DNA of 63,347 bases, counting the filler, from Octopus bimaculoides (taxonomy: Eukaryota), in assembly GCF_001194135.2 (NCBI RefSeq). It is 9 parts of 8 records of this genome, joined end to end, with 100 filler letters (N's around TTAATTAATTAA, not from the genome) between each part and the next. Parts side by side here need not be neighbours in the genome. Positions count along the whole stretch, not along the records: positions 1 to 9,282 come from NC_069002.1; positions 9,383 to 17,678 come from NC_068996.1; 7 more parts are not named here. One strand, 5' to 3'. Below the pieces are notes generated by a model. The model was not told where the DNA came from. It did no database searches and saw only the letters and a program-made list of their open reading frames with translations. This document shows positions 1-13,537 of this stretch, piece after piece. The first letter of the stretch is position 1; each line of letters opens with the position of its first letter. The position numbers and the translations under genes are program-made.

Positions 1-37
<37 letters not shown>

Positions 38-140
38 AATATAAAGAGAAAAACAGCTTGTTTTAAATCTCTGTGCGAGAAATATACAGTAACACTACCA
101 AATAGTGAAGTTTATTTGCCAATTAAATGTGGCAGTCCTA

Positions 141-437
141 TACGAGGACGATGCTACTACTATTCAGCCCCAAGAAAACATCTTTTCCCATTGACAACCG
201 GCACACAGTTTGTGCCTGTATAGTATATGCAAAAGTTCTTGCCTTTGGTGGAAACAATTTTCCTGAGAATCAGTTAATTCTGATTTTATTTCACATATTC
301 CCCTGTCAGGTTAACACACTTATTGCAGCGGTGCTTCAGTTTTTTACTAGCCCTGTAATAGAATTCGGGGGGTTGGGTCACTGACCAGGCTTTCGCGATA
401 CCCTTAAAACCTGAAATCTTTTCATCACCCCCTCGTA
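141..437 (-). mobile_element. Internally deleted mariner element (MITE-like) retaining both ends and the transposase C-terminus
   Basis: Ends TACGAGGACGATGCT... and ...CACCCCCTCGTA are imperfect inverted repeats bounded by TA. The minus strand reads KAWSVTQPPEFYYRASKKLKHRCNKCVNLTGEYVK* (stop 286-288), a typical mariner C-terminus resembling the 3' end of the element at 9400-10540. Confidence 0.85.
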
Positions 438-1284
438 CATTAACAGAGAGATAAAGAAACAAAGAAAAGGGGGATGTGTATAAGGGTCTTCAGGTTATCT
501 GTGGATAAGAATATATTCGACAACTAAACACTCATAGATCAAAGAAATTTCCGCGTAAACGACGATAAAAAGTTTAGAATTTTGGTAGCGGATCCAAAAG
601 AAAAAAAATGCACAGTACGTACTTATTTAATTGTGCAGATATATTTGTACACGTATAAGGAACTATACACTAGACAGCGTGAGTCCAAATACAGCACCAG
701 TTGTCAAGCGGTGTGGGGAACACCTACTCAAAAGCACACACATACACACACNNNNNNNNNNNNNNNNNNNNNNNNNNNNNNNNNNNNNNNNNNNNNNNNN
801 NNNNNNNNNNNNNNNNNNNNNNNNNNNNNNNNNNNNNNNNNNNNNNNNNNNNNNNNNNNNNNNNNNNNNNNNNNNNNNNNNNNNNNNNNNNNNNNNNNNN
901 NNNNNNNNNNNNNNNNNNNNNNNNNNNNNNNNNNNNNNNNNNNNNNNNNNNNNNNNNNNNNNNNNNNNNNNNNNNNNNNNNNNNNNNNNNNNNNNNNNNN
1001 NNNNNNNNNNNNNNNNNNNNNNNNNNNNNNNNNNNNNNNNNNNNNNNNNNNNNNNNNNNNNNNNNNNATACGATGAGTATAGAGGGATAAATTATCCAGG
1101 CGGACACCGTAAGATCTGCCAGATATAGTCTAGGTTCCGGCTAACCACATCAAGTAATTATGCTGTGAAATTAATTGTTAACTTAAAAGTAAATGATGAA
1201 GATGTACAAGTCTTTGTAACTATTTTGGATTCATGTATGTATTTATACATATATATGTGTCCATGTGTGTGTGTGTACGTACAA

Positions 1285-1415
1285 CGTGCTTCCCCTCGGT
1301 TTCAACCCAACAAATTTACTCGCATGTCCTTAGCATAGGTGCCGTTCTATGGGACTGAACTCGAAACCACGCTGTTTCAAAGCCAGCTTCCAAACCACAC
1401 ATCCGTGCCTGCATG
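1285..1415 (-). mobile_element. tRNA-derived SINE fragment (in-window family C)
   Basis: Similar to 2238-2380 and the reverse complement of 33215-33350 (GGGACTGAACTCGAAACCAC...CTTCCAAACCACAC). Confidence 0.6.
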
Positions 1416-1457
1416 TAAGTGTGTGTGTGAGTATGTGTGCGTGCACGCACGCGTGCA

Positions 1458-1496
<39 letters not shown>

Positions 1497-2019
1497 GTGG
1501 GTATGCTTGCATCGTCCTTTTACGAATGTATTTATGCATTTATGCGTCTATATCGATATATGTCTATGTGTTCTGTATGTGTGTGCGCATATGTTTGTGT
1601 GTGTGTGGGTGTGCGTGTGCGTGTGTAATCCAAGAAACTCACTCCTCTCATGGGGTTCTTACGATGAAAGTATATTGCAAACGATCAAATGATAAAATGT
1701 AGAAGATAGTTAACTTGTCGGTTTTTGTTGTTATTGCAGCCGTCTTGATTCATTCAGATAGGAACAGAATATTATTCGATCTTGTAGATAAATTTTAAAT
1801 TTAAATTTAAATAGATAATCTCCTGTCATTATTAATTTTTGTGTGTGTTCAATATTTTTATGAATATCTAAATTGGACTTCTTATAGGAGAATAGGTTAA
1901 CACATTCTTCATTTATTTATTTTGAAATTATATTTAACTCAACTACGAAAAGCTTATTTGATATTTTTGCCAGTGCGGGTAATGCCCCTTTAACAACGCA
2001 TCTTTTATTCACTTCTCGT

Positions 2020-2230
2020 TTATTTCATTTACCTCTTTCAGTCATTAGAGTGTAGCCATGTTGGGGCATCACCTTGAAGGATTTTAGTGGGCAGAATCAG
2101 CCGTAGAGCTTAATATTTTTTGTAAAGCTTGGTACTTATTCTACCGGTCTTGTGTGGAACCGCTAAGGAACGGGAACTTAAACACACCAACACCGGTTGT
2201 CAAGCGATGGTGCTAGACACACACGCATAT
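2020..2230 (+). mobile_element. SINE-like repeat (in-window family B)
   Basis: CAGTCATT..GCCATG..GGGGCA.CACCTTGAAGG...ACACCAACACCGGTTGTCAAGCG followed by a CA tail. Further copies at 8997-9133, 12910-13125, 27750-28065 and 59820-60010; tail only at about 690-750. Confidence 0.75.
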
Positions 2231-2237
2231 AACACAT

Positions 2238-2380
2238 AGGTCGGGTTTCTTTCAGTTTCTGTCTACCAAATCCATTGACAAAGCTTTGGCCACCCCAAAG
2301 CCAAAGTCGAAGGTGCCACGCAGAGGCACAGAACCCGGAAGCATGTGGATGAGAAGAAAACTTTTAACCACACAACAACG
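2238..2380 (-). mobile_element. tRNA-derived SINE (family C)
   Basis: Reverse complement has a tRNA-like head (GTGTGGTTAAAAG...GGGTTCTGTGCC) and the TGGATTTGGTAGACAGAAACTGAAAGAA body shared with 33215-33350 and 11372-11420. Confidence 0.7.
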
Positions 2381-2689
2381 TGATTTTTTTTAATATTTTC
2401 ACGTAAACCGTAAACACGAAGTGAATTTCGAAGTATTATGCTTATTAAAACAAACTCAACAGCGACATATTCATTCTAATTGTCACTAATGCCGTCATAC
2501 TCTTAAGAAGTATAGCATTCTAGAAGATATTACCATTTTTCAGATTTATTTCAATTATACAGAGACACAACATTATATTCCTAACGCTGTTGCTGTAAGT
2601 ACCAAATCCACTTTAAACCGTAGATCCGATTCGGGTTGATTCTAGGTGCGGCGGTGGCATAAACATGAAGACAAATGGGGTTTAAAATG

Positions 2690-3400
2690 AACACAACCAT
2701 CTCCTGTTCCTGGATAGCGAAGGCAAATCCTTTGATGTCGAATGTGGTGTAGCTATCAGAGACCAAGGAAAGACAGCTCTTCCTGTGAATGCTGTTGCTT
2801 TCCTTAGCTTACAGGACACATAGTCGTGTATTACATTTTACTGGTATGCTACCTGCGTCTCCTCCAAGTTTCTGATTAGGTAAGTTAGTGTTATGTCATG
2901 CATTATAACGACGTACTTCGTCGTCTGCGTGACTGCTCCGAACGGCGTACCTCGCCGGCTGACTCCACTCGTTGTGTCTGTCCACTTCTACCACTCGGAG
3001 TGTCCTCCACAACAGATAGTTAGCTTCATTTGAATCGCATGTGACAGTTGTATTCTCAGAGTACTTGCTCAGTACTTCCTGAACTCCGGAAATGTTTCAG
3101 ATCTCTGCTTGGAATGTACTCATATATTTCTTTACTGTTGTTCAACAGGTTTTCTCTGAGTGATACAATGCGACATTCAATGACAGTTTGGCCTGACCTC
3201 ATGGATCTTATTGTGTTACTATTGAGGTGGACGTTACCAGTGCAGGTCAATTCTTTCATACTTTTGATGACCAGGATGCGGATCTCGACAGGTGTCCAGT
3301 CCAATATCCGAAGCGTTGGTACCAGCGCTGGCACTGCAAAAGTATTGAGAGATATGGTGTTGTTAAATACACGCAGCTTTGATTTCCATATTTTCTGGAG
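2690..3400 (-). mobile_element. Decayed non-LTR retrotransposon fragment, RLE-type (R4/Dong/NeSL-like) region C-terminal to the RT
   Basis: Minus-strand peptides NTISLNTFAVPALVPTLRILDWTPVEIRILVIKSMKELT and KGFAFAIQEQE match the AINT.AVP....GII.W and ETEGF..AIQDQ motifs of these elements; frames are interrupted. Confidence 0.65.
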
Positions 3401-4191
3401 CCACATATGTATGTATATATATGTATGCATGTATTTATGTATACAGAGCCAGAGAGAGAGAGGGGGGGAGAAAGAAAAAGATAGGCAGAGAGGTGGGTAT
3501 CATCCATGAATATAAAGTCTATGATTAATTGAATATCAAAGATAAAAGCTATTGTAGATTAATTATTGTATATAATTAAGAAAAAAATCTATATTCATTT
3601 ATGTTAGTATTAGAATATAAAATGTATATTTACTGAAATCGAATGATTCATTATTACTGTGCAGCTAATTTTGTTCCTATTACAATAAGAGAAAAGAAAT
3701 TGAAGGGGATTATTGAAGAAGAATTGACAGCAGATATAGATGCAATGAGTGCATATGTTTTTATGATATGTTTGTAAAAGAAATAATAAAAGTCAAGAAC
3801 ATACGTGTGTGTTGGTGCTGTTGCCGTTAAACTTCAAAGAAACGAGCAGTTGTAGATTAATGGCTGAGGTATATGATTGAGGAGAAAGAAATACAAACAT
3901 TAATTTATGTTGGTATAATAAGGAGAAAAATTATATATTAACTCTGATTGTTGTAAAAAATTAGTTTGTATTATAAAGATATAAAACCCGAGTTTTATGG
4001 GAGGAAAATAATAACTAAATACAGGTTTCATAGGTACGACCATCATGATAAAAGTATATTTAATGCAATTGAATAAATTATGGTTATTGTACGAATGTTA
4101 GTAACTATGGATATAAAAAAAAAGAAAGAAAGGAAATTAGAAGCAAATATAGGTTTGTTGCGTATGAACGTTTTAGTATTGTATTACACGA

Positions 4192-4235
<44 letters not shown>

Positions 4236-4689
4236 TATTTGGCTAAATACATAAGTAAAGGAGTGAAAATAGAACCGGTGAGTGTGTTAAATAATAAGGT
4301 ACTAAAAGAGTAAAAGAGAATGGCTCTCCCCAGGCGCAATAATATATATAGGACCATCGAGGTGCGTGAGTGCGGCACTGATCCAAGTCGGGTGAAGGTG
4401 GGGCGGAAAAGTATAAGAGGACGAGTGCCTCATATTGAAAGGGCATGTGGTCCATGAAAAGAAAATTGTAAGAGGAAAGTGCTTCATTTCAAAGACATGG
4501 TGTTATTTGAAAGTTTGGTAAGAGTTGTAGCCTCAAAATATCCGAACGAAACGCTAATGTTCACTGTTATATTAGTGATTATCTGATATTTGCTGGGGAT
4601 GTTTTGGTGCTGTGTGAGATTTGTATTTGCTATAAAGGTGAAAGGTTTAAAACGTCACAGGTAAGTAATTAATTATTTAAAAAGAAAAC

Positions 4690-6340
4690 TTTACAAGTTT
4701 AACAAGGTGAAGATTTAGCAAGGAAGAGTATTATCCTGATGATGCATTTCAATTTTAGATTCCCAAGAAACTTGAAAATGCAATAGCATGGCTTTTAATT
4801 CCATTTCGAAAATGATAAAACTGCTGGTGTATCATAATTTAAAGGATTCTCAGTAAGAACAAACATGACAGATTAATCGTATCTCCAATAGCTTGAGAAG
4901 GAATTGCAATAGCAATTATGGAATTGAGATTTCAAGTATGTATAATCTAGATAAGCTTGCTATATGGCGGATAAGAAAAAGGAATGCAACATATCATTAA
5001 GGCAAAATATCATAATGGAAAATAGCAAGAAATATCTACCGATAATTCAGACAGGATTATCGTCTGATGATTTCAAGGGGAAGGGAATAACTAAACAGAG
5101 TAATTCCCAGCTCGTTGAGGTTGTCTTATTAGATTAAGACAACATAACTTAAAGACGTTATGCATCTGGTGAAACTGCAGGTGCATATATCCAGGCAGCT
5201 CAGAATTTCCACAAGATTCATAAGGTTTTTATTGAGCATCTCAACTCCGCTTTGCAGATTCATTCCAATGTAAATGAGACCGGCGTTTTCTGGAAACACA
5301 GTCACAGAAGTTGTGTCTCCCAAAACAAGAAAAGAGGTCGCTGAGTTAAATATTGAAAAAGAATGTTTAATACTACTGCTTTGATCTAATCTTTCAGAAT
5401 ATTTCGAGTGAGGTTAATTCATATTTATCAATGAGAAGCACCCGAGAAAAATAATATGAAGAAGTCGTCTGTTTGTGACTAAATTGTCCAACAAGAAGGG
5501 TTAAATAACCATAGAAATTTATGAGTTGTGGTTTATTTCATGCTTTTATCTATCAACGAAAAATGTTACGAAGGACATAACCTTGGGCTTAAGGCTTTGT
5601 TGGTAATTGACGATGCTCCTGTTAACCCCAGAATCTTCAACTTCAGATCTGCATTTCTTTTGAAGTCGTTTCCCAACCAATAACCAGTATTCCTTGACTG
5701 GGAATCGAGATGTAATTTCTAATATCAAGGCCTACACTGATGATCACACTTCTAAACAAGTTTTGCAAGTAATAAATGACCGATACCACCAATCAAACTA
5801 TATTTAAGTGATTTTTGGAAGATATCTGAGTTATGAGCATCAGAAATAATGACAAAACAGCCTGCGATGAATAAATCGAACAATGGGTACACAAGTTTTG
5901 GCAAAAAATTACAGCTAAGAGCATGCAATGAACGGCTTCGAAAAACTCATAATACCACAGAAATTGATAGTACCAAGAGCTATCAATGACACACTTAGGC
6001 TAGTCAATGATGGGAGAATACGAAAGGATAATGAAGAAGATTTGTAAGAATTACAATGGTAGATGGTAAGAGTTTATCTATAAATAATTTACAGTAATCA
6101 ACACAGCAAAACATCCCAAATGAGTTTGATAGCTCTACTATACAGCAAGCCCATTCTTACTACTGACGTTTTCAGTAACATTAATTCCAAGATTACAGAA
6201 AACAGAGCGGTTTACTGAATCGAAGTAAAGAAGGGGGTTCCAGGAGGTATATTATCTGAGTAGAGATTCCAGAAAATATAAGCGACTTTAGATTAACTTT
6301 TTGGAAAGCAACCAATGAGAGATACTGTCAACCTGTATGA
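4690..6340 (+). mobile_element. Decayed pogo/Tigger-like DDE transposase remnant
   Basis: NVNETGVFWK (5267-5296, cf. NADETGLFWK) and KALLVIDDAP (5591-5620, cf. KALLILDNAP) lie in the same frame, followed by an FPTN-like segment. Many stops; boundaries approximate. Confidence 0.7.
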
Positions 6341-7349
6341 TCGTTTTGTGGTTAATTGAATTAATTATGAATACGTTTATGTACTCGTGATTAACGTTGA
6401 TTAATTTAATCTACTTCATAATTTTCCAATTACATTCATTCTTAATTATCTAAAATTGTTTTCTAATTTCTTCATAAATTTAAACTTCAACGTGTGAGAC
6501 TATCAAAAGTTATTTGTACTTGAAGGATGCGGCAGTACGTCTCTGGACTTTACATTCGGTCGGCTAACGCATTCACATGCAATATCATTCGTACCACTGC
6601 TAAAAATGAAGTATATCGTAGAACGTGATTTGGTTGAGCGTTCCCTCCTTAGGAACGAATGGAATAGAATCGCTTTAACAGAGATAGTATTGCAGTTTAG
6701 TATGCATTAGTGAGCATTAGTTTTGCACTTAAATTTGCATTGAAACTAAACTGTTAATCTAATTAATTGCAATAACAAATCGCCACCTAGAAACCCCTCA
6801 TAATCATTAATTTAGAAATGATCATCTTATTCTGTTTTACAGTTTAATGAGATACTTATTGTATTATTCAAATGCAAAAAGATACCCAGGCATTTTTCAA
6901 AGCGTTATAGTTGAATAATTTTATTTTTATATTACTCGATAAAACGTCCATCAGACAAGCTAGGTCTTTTTGCATTTGGACCTATGGAAGAATCTAAAGG
7001 TACGATACAACTGATGTCTACATGTAGAGGACGCTTCGTGTTTCCTGGGGGATTGTGGTGAATCATGAATTATTATTTAGAGGGCGTCTTTCAAGCAGAG
7101 TCCACACGTGGAGGACTGGCCTTGGTGGGACACCAGCATCAATTATGGCCTAGGATATATATATATATAGGTATACATGTCTGTCTGCTTCGCTGTATGT
7201 ATATCGGCATTATGAATGCATGAATGTTTGTACGTATGCTTGTATATGAATGTATATGAATGTATCTACATATCAATGTTTGAATGCACGTATGTAATTC
7301 ATGCATATATATGAATGTATGTATGAATGTATTTATGTAGGTACACTTG

Positions 7350-7435
<86 letters not shown>

Positions 7436-8007
7436 AATATATGCATGTACCTATGTATGCATATATGTATGTATGCCAGCCTTCATGTATTAGATATCAT
7501 TTATAGTATTTCACTGGTTTGGAATAACACATTTAAAAATTTATACATTTCAATAGTATCGCTTGTATTTACAAAGATTATCAAGATCTTACACGGAACC
7601 ATTAATAATACTACAGGAACTCACTCACACATAGCGTGTATGTATATTATACATATGTATATGCATACACGAGTGTAAAATATACGTGCACAAGGAAACA
7701 GACACATACACAAACATATATCTGGTTGTACATATATATAACTTCACACATATAATTACATGCTTTTAAATGTCTGTGTATATACATACACACATACACC
7801 GATATGTATAAGGTAGAATCAGAAATAGAAACTGTTTGGTACAGTATTATATAATTGAAAAAAACGGAGAGAAATGGCTTTTGTGATAATTTTCCACTTT
7901 AATAGTTAGACGTTAAGTTATAAATGAAAACACCTAATAACTTATAATCACCTAATCATCAAGCTGGAAAAATTATCAGAAAAATCATTCCTCTACATTT
8001 TATTCAA

Positions 8008-8014
<7 letters not shown>

Positions 8015-8068
<54 letters not shown>

Positions 8069-8095
8069 GATAGATAGATAGATAGATAGATAGAC

Positions 8096-8160
<65 letters not shown>
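8015..8160. repeat. Compound microsatellite (GT)n-(GATA)n
   Basis: Directly visible; runs into an N gap. Confidence 0.95.
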
Positions 8161-8816
8161 NNNNNNNNNNNNNNNNNNNNNNNNNNNNNNNNNNNNNNNN
8201 NNNNNNNNNNNNNNNNNNNNNNNNNNNNNNNNNNNNNNNNNNNNNNNNNNNNNNNNNNNNNNNNNNNNNNNNNNNNNNNNNNNNNNNNNNNNNNNNNNNN
8301 NNNNNNNNNNNNNNNNNNNNNNNNNNNNNNNNNNNNNNNNNNNNNNNNNNNNNNNNNNNNNNNNNNNNNNNNNNNNNNNNNNNNNNNNNNNNNNNNNNNN
8401 NNNNNNNNNNNNNNNNNNNNNNNNNNNNNNNNNNNNNNNNNGTATGTATGTGGGTGTCTGTGTATGTGTGTGTAATATTAGTGGCATAAGTTATGCCGCC
8501 GCTTGTAAAATCTGTGCCTGTCTGTTATATAACGAACAGTTATACGCATGTATATGTCGATATTTTCAGTGAAGACTTTGCACTATTATCAGAAGAAGCT
8601 GAAAGAGATTTTACATGGTTTTGAGTAACAAGTAATGGCAAAGGGCATATTTGTGCTTGGCAAACTTTAATGGGAAGTTCACTAACCCACTGAATCGAGC
8701 GTAGAGGCTAAGGGGTCTGATCTCTTCCCCCTCCTGAAATACCGGTTGATGTTATACAACCTGCAACATTTAATAGCTTCAGTAACCATCAGAAGAAGAT
8801 CTTGCAATACCTTTAA

Positions 8817-8996
8817 GTAGTGATTTCGATCACCGGACCGGAGTGTGTGTTGTGTTCTTCAGTAAGACACGTATCGGACTTTGCCTTTTCCTTTAATAGC
8901 ATTGAAGAGAGAAGGTTGGTGTGCATAGGCAACATTTGGTCTTCCATTAACAACCTTGCTCAGACTTGTACCTCGGAGGCAGATTTTCTTTGGCGC
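8817..8996 (+). mobile_element. tRNA-derived SINE fragment (family G)
   Basis: B-box-like GATTTCGATCACC followed by GTGTGTTGTGTTCTTCAGTAAGACAC, which matches the reverse complement of about 32140-32175. Confidence 0.55.
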
Positions 8997-9133
8997 ACCG
9001 ATGCTGGTGTGTTTACGTGCTCGTAACTTAGCGGTTGGGCAAAAAGACTTCGATAGAATAAGTACTAGGGTCGATTTTCTCGAGAAAAGCGGTGCTCCGC
9101 ACGGCCGCAGTCAAGTGACCGAAACAAAAGAAT
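8997..9133 (-). mobile_element. SINE-like repeat (family B), internally deleted
   Basis: Reverse-complement match to both ends of 2020-2230. Confidence 0.7.
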
Positions 9134-9245
9134 CTATATGTGTGTGTGTGTGTTTGTGTGTATGTGTGTATGCATGTATATGTGCGTTTATGTACATATA
9201 TACATAGACATATATATCATCTTATATATACGTCGCGTGTATGTG

Positions 9246-9282
<37 letters not shown>

Positions 9283-9381
9283 NNNNNNNNNNNNNNNNNN
9301 NNNNNNNNNNNNNNNNNNNNNNNNNNTTAATTAATTAANNNNNNNNNNNNNNNNNNNNNNNNNNNNNNNNNNNNNNNNNNN
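9283..9381. other. Assembly gap placeholder (about 44 N + TTAATTAATTAA + about 44 N); same marker at 17723, 23630, 28110, 33668, 49173, 51351 and 55340
   Basis: An identical 12-mer is centred in about 100-bp N blocks eight times. Confidence 0.95.
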
Positions 9382-9399
9382 NTTTTTTTTTTTTTTTTT

Positions 9400-10540
9400 T
9401 GCAGATTTAATACATGATGGTAGCTTCTACATTGTCTTTTGGTAAAATTGAAGCACGGGCGGTCATAGAGTTCCGTTTTTTTTTTATAAGGGAAAGGAAC
9501 GGCGGAAATCCATTGCGAGATGAAGGGAGTTTTGAAGGATCGTTACCTATCTTACTCCACAGTGAAAATCTAGGTGTCAAGGTTTCAGACTGGTCATTTC
9601 AAGGTCATAGAGGAATCCCAGTCAGAACGACAAACTTCCATGACCACAGAAGACACATCCGACACATTGCACATCATATTCTTCGATTTCAGCTAAAGTC
9701 ATAACTGATACTGTTGTGATTTCCCGCGAAAGATTGGGCCACATCACCCACAACATTTTGGTCATGAGAAAGCTTTCTACAAAATGGATACCGTAGATCA
9801 GAAGCGCATCAGAGTGGCAACATCAAAGGTAATTTTGGACCGGTTAGCAACGGTAGAGACTGATTTTATAGCTTGTTTAGTCACCATAGATGAAACTTGG
9901 CTCTTCATCGTTATGATCCCCGGACCAAGCAGCAATCAACGGAGTGGCGCCAAGCAGTTTCGAGGCCCGAAGTCATGTGGAAAGATTCTGGCTTTAGTGT
10001 TCTGGGAAAAAAAGACGGAGTACTCTTCATAAAATACCTGCCAAAGGGTCGCACCATCGACGCAGAATACTACATGTCCCTGTTGGACGAACTGCGTGAA
10101 GCATTGAAGCAGTAACGCCGTGAAAAGCTGAGCCAGCGCATACAGTTCATGGAACACTACGGAAAATACACGATTTTGGCTTCATAAACCACCCACCTTA
10201 CTCTCCTGACTTGGCCACTTCCTTCTTTCCACTACTGAAGAAATATCTCAAGGGAAGAATATTTCACACCTATTCGGCAGTGATCACTGCTACAGAAGCC
10301 TGGCTGGAGGCCTAGCCTTCCGAGTTTTTTTTTATTTATAAGTCTTAGAAAAACTTAAGGACTGCTGCAATTTTATTCAATATATCTGAGAGGGGAATAT
10401 ATTGAATAAAATCATGATAAATCAGTACCTCCTCCTCCTGTGTGTGTGAGCGCGCAATATTAAGGATTCGAGTGATTCTGGTACTTAAGTGATAGGCATC
10501 AGGCTGGGTCGAAATTAACTTGTAAACAGCACCTTTAATC
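9400..10540 (+). mobile_element. Mariner transposon with disrupted transposase
   Basis: KIEARAVIEF N-terminus, CLVTIDETW catalytic motif, HRYDPRTKQQSTEW, YLPKGRTIDAEYYMSLLDELREALK and a C-terminal GEYIE*. Multiple frameshifts and stops; the 5' end is lost in a gap. Confidence 0.9.
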
Positions 10541-10789
10541 GAATCAATATCAAGGGTAACGAAGTACATTCAGTGAAACATTCAGGTTATGTATACAGAG
10601 AATTTAATTATACAGAGAATTTAATCCTTATGAGTATTTTAATAGCCTAAGGCTAATCCAAATGAGTATGTTGTATTGGTCGTACGGTATTTGATATGCT
10701 CCAGAATGTCCGACGTGTCGGGATTCCAGTGTATTATGAACAAATAAATAACAAGCGATATATATTTATTTACTTGATGCGGCTCCACT

Positions 10790-10844
10790 CTATACTGTTT
10801 TCTTCCCCCTTCCTTCTCTAATTCCTTTTGTCTCCCTTTCCCCG

Positions 10845-10882
<38 letters not shown>

Positions 10883-11345
10883 CATTGTCCATCTTCCTTT
10901 TCCTCACGTGACCATGCACAACATTCCTGCACAACATTCTAAGGACTGGACGTTTTCTCTCTCTTCTATCTTTTCTCTTTTCAAAGAAAATATTTCTCTC
11001 AGCGTTCACTATTTTCCTCTCGTTCTGGTCTAACGACCCTCCATGTCTGTTTTCGTTCGGTTTCCTTGTATGTCTCCACTGTCCTGTTTTTGTTCCCAAC
11101 TTTGCCCCTCCATAAATCCAAAATATTATTTTGGAATTTATGGGAGCAACTGTCTTTGAAGACTGATATTGTCGTTGAATGCTCGAAATGAGGAGTAGAT
11201 AGACAGCCGACGACTGGTGAAGAGTCTTCTTTGTGTTTACGTGTTCTATTTTCCATTTCTACTCTCATTGTTTGCATATTTAACTCGTTTGTTTTCGTAC
11301 TTCATGTTGCTTACACTGTTGGTGACGTCCTGTACTCATATATGC
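10790..11345 (+). mobile_element. Unclassified interspersed repeat (family F), copy 1
   Basis: Shares TTGTTCCCAACTTTG.CCCTCCATAAATCC, GAATGCTCGAAATGAGGAGTAGATAGACAGCCGAC and GTTGGTGACGTCCTGTAC.CATATATGCAT with copies at 48.1-49.1 kb and 52.6-53.7 kb. Confidence 0.85.
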
Positions 11346-11420
11346 ATACACACACACACACACACAAATCCTTGCGTGAGTCGACTTGGTAGATGGCAAC
11401 TAAAAGAAGCCCGTCATATA

Positions 11421-12836
11421 CACTGCGTTTCAAATTATTAATGACGCAACGTGTTTTAATTTCATTTATAAACTACTCTTAGAATTCAACGAAATTTTCA
11501 CTGAACGATGACATTAGTTATATGCGCGTGGTGTGTAAAAGACGTGAGGTTCCGCAAAACAACAGAGAAACTACGGCCTTTTACCAAATTTACGTAAAGT
11601 TTCAATGTTTCTCATTATTAGGGAGGTATAATGAAAACTCATATAAACAAGAAAATACCAATTTAATTGCTTGATGAACTTACTGAAATAAACACATACA
11701 GTCATAAGCGTGGAAGAAATAGAAATAAATAAACAGCGTTCAAAAATTACCAGTGTGCTGTTTAGTAAGGGATATATGAGCGTTTTTTTTTTTAAAGAAG
11801 TTGGAAAAGGCGCTGGTCCATGGAACATGCTAACTTCTGAATATCCTCTGATGTCATACCACGAGATACATCCACTATAGGCTGTCACAGTTCATCCGTG
11901 CTCCTAAATTGACGTCCATTCTCGTAAATTCGTCGCTATAGAACATTTAAGTTTTCTATTGGGTTTAAATCGGAGGAACAAGAAGGCCACGTCTGAGGCC
12001 CACAGAAGCTTAATTGTTGCAGATACTCTAGTTTTCTTCGCTGAGTGCGAGGGCGCATTGTCTTGCATGAATGGTTGTCTTGAAGATGATCCTTTGCTTT
12101 TTAACCAAGGTTCAAAAATGCTCACTCAGAAAGATTATGTAAACATCCGTAGTCATTTTAACACCGTCCGACACTTTTCAAAAACCATCCATAATAGTTC
12201 CAATAATACCTGCCCAAATCATGATTCCTCCTCCTCCTTGTTGGCGTCTCAAGCGTCGATGACGATTTCGTCTATTTACAACAATCCTTTGCTCCAACTA
12301 TCAGGTTCATCAAGGGTAGCAGGAGTTTCGTCTATGAGCAAAACTTTTGAAAAACGTCGTCCTTCATGTTATCTTCTACCTATTTCAGATGAGTTTGTAT
12401 GTGTATTTTGTATAAAGGAAGCTTTTTAACTGATGTCACTTTTTCAGAACATGACATCGAGTAGTTCTGGATACGGCTGTTTCTCGAATTCGCTTGTGAA
12501 GTTCTTCACTTGTAAAACCTGGGTTATTTATAGCTTCATCCTTAAATATTTCTAATGTTGGTTTACCTTTTGCAAGTTCAGAAGTAATAGTAGATAGATA
12601 TGTCATATTTACGACCCCTAATTACACGATTATCTGACCAGTCGTTAATAATTTGGAACACTGAAAATTCGTAGAACAAATGACCACGGTTTGTTTACAC
12701 TTGTGCAAAACCTCACAATTTTTACAGACAATGCACATATAACTGTTACCATCATTCTGTCAAAATTTCGTTGAATTTCAATGCGTAGTTTTTAAATAGA
12801 ATTAAAAATATTACGTCGTTAATAATTTGAGACACA

Positions 12837-12839
<3 letters not shown>
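11421..12839 (-). mobile_element. Tc1-like transposon with about 160-bp terminal inverted repeats; transposase disrupted
   Basis: 11421-11582 and 12678-12839 are imperfect inverted repeats starting CACTG after TA. The minus strand encodes FSKVLLIDETPATLDEPDSWSKG and FMQDNAPSHSAKKT. Confidence 0.9.
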
Positions 12840-12900
<61 letters not shown>

Positions 12901-12909
12901 GTGTGTGTG

Positions 12910-13125
12910 AGTGTGTGTCTTTGTATCTGCGTTTGTCCTTCACCACCGCTTGACAACCGGTGCTGGTTTGTTTACATTCCCGCAACTTCGCAGTTCGGCA
13001 AAAGAAAGTAATATAATGAGTATCAGGCTTAAAGAAAAACCATTATCGATTCGGTCGACTAAAAGTTCTTCAAGACAGTGTCCCAGCATGGCCGCAGTCT
13101 AATGATTCAAACAGATGAAAGATAA
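12910..13125 (-). mobile_element. SINE-like repeat (family B)
   Basis: Reverse-complement match to 2020-2230 and 59820-60010. Confidence 0.75.
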
Positions 13126-13482
13126 AATATCAACATATTGAAATTGATGTGTTATGAAGTGATGTAAGCCTAGTATATTATTATAGATGATTTGTAGAAA
13201 ATTTTAGGAATAGACACAAGAGGAAGAAGGAATAAATCACTAAGTAAAAGGATTTTCTCTGTATGTTACGACAACGTTGATAAAGAATGGAATAAGAAGA
13301 TGCTGTGCCTTTATAGGGAAAAATTTGAAGGAGCTTACGATCAGAAATGAACAATTAGTTTTGTGGGCTCCTAGAGAAAATTAACGTCTCATGGCGAAAA
13401 ACATCTTTGTCAAGTTGTGTAAAGAAGTTGACTGAGACAAGATGGTGACTGATGGCCAGCGATTTCTACTTGACTTTGACAA

Positions 13483-13534
<52 letters not shown>

Positions 13535-13537
13535 GAT
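13483..13537. repeat. (AAAG)n microsatellite
   Basis: Directly visible. Confidence 0.95.

Noticed and set aside
1069-1234. Possible exon ending at T|GTATGT in phase with 19088
   Set aside because: In-frame TAG at 1126-1128, no convincing acceptor and no recognisable homology.
9327-9338. Recurrent TTAATTAATTAA palindrome (8 copies)
   Set aside because: Always centred in about 100-bp N blocks; a scaffolding placeholder, not biology.
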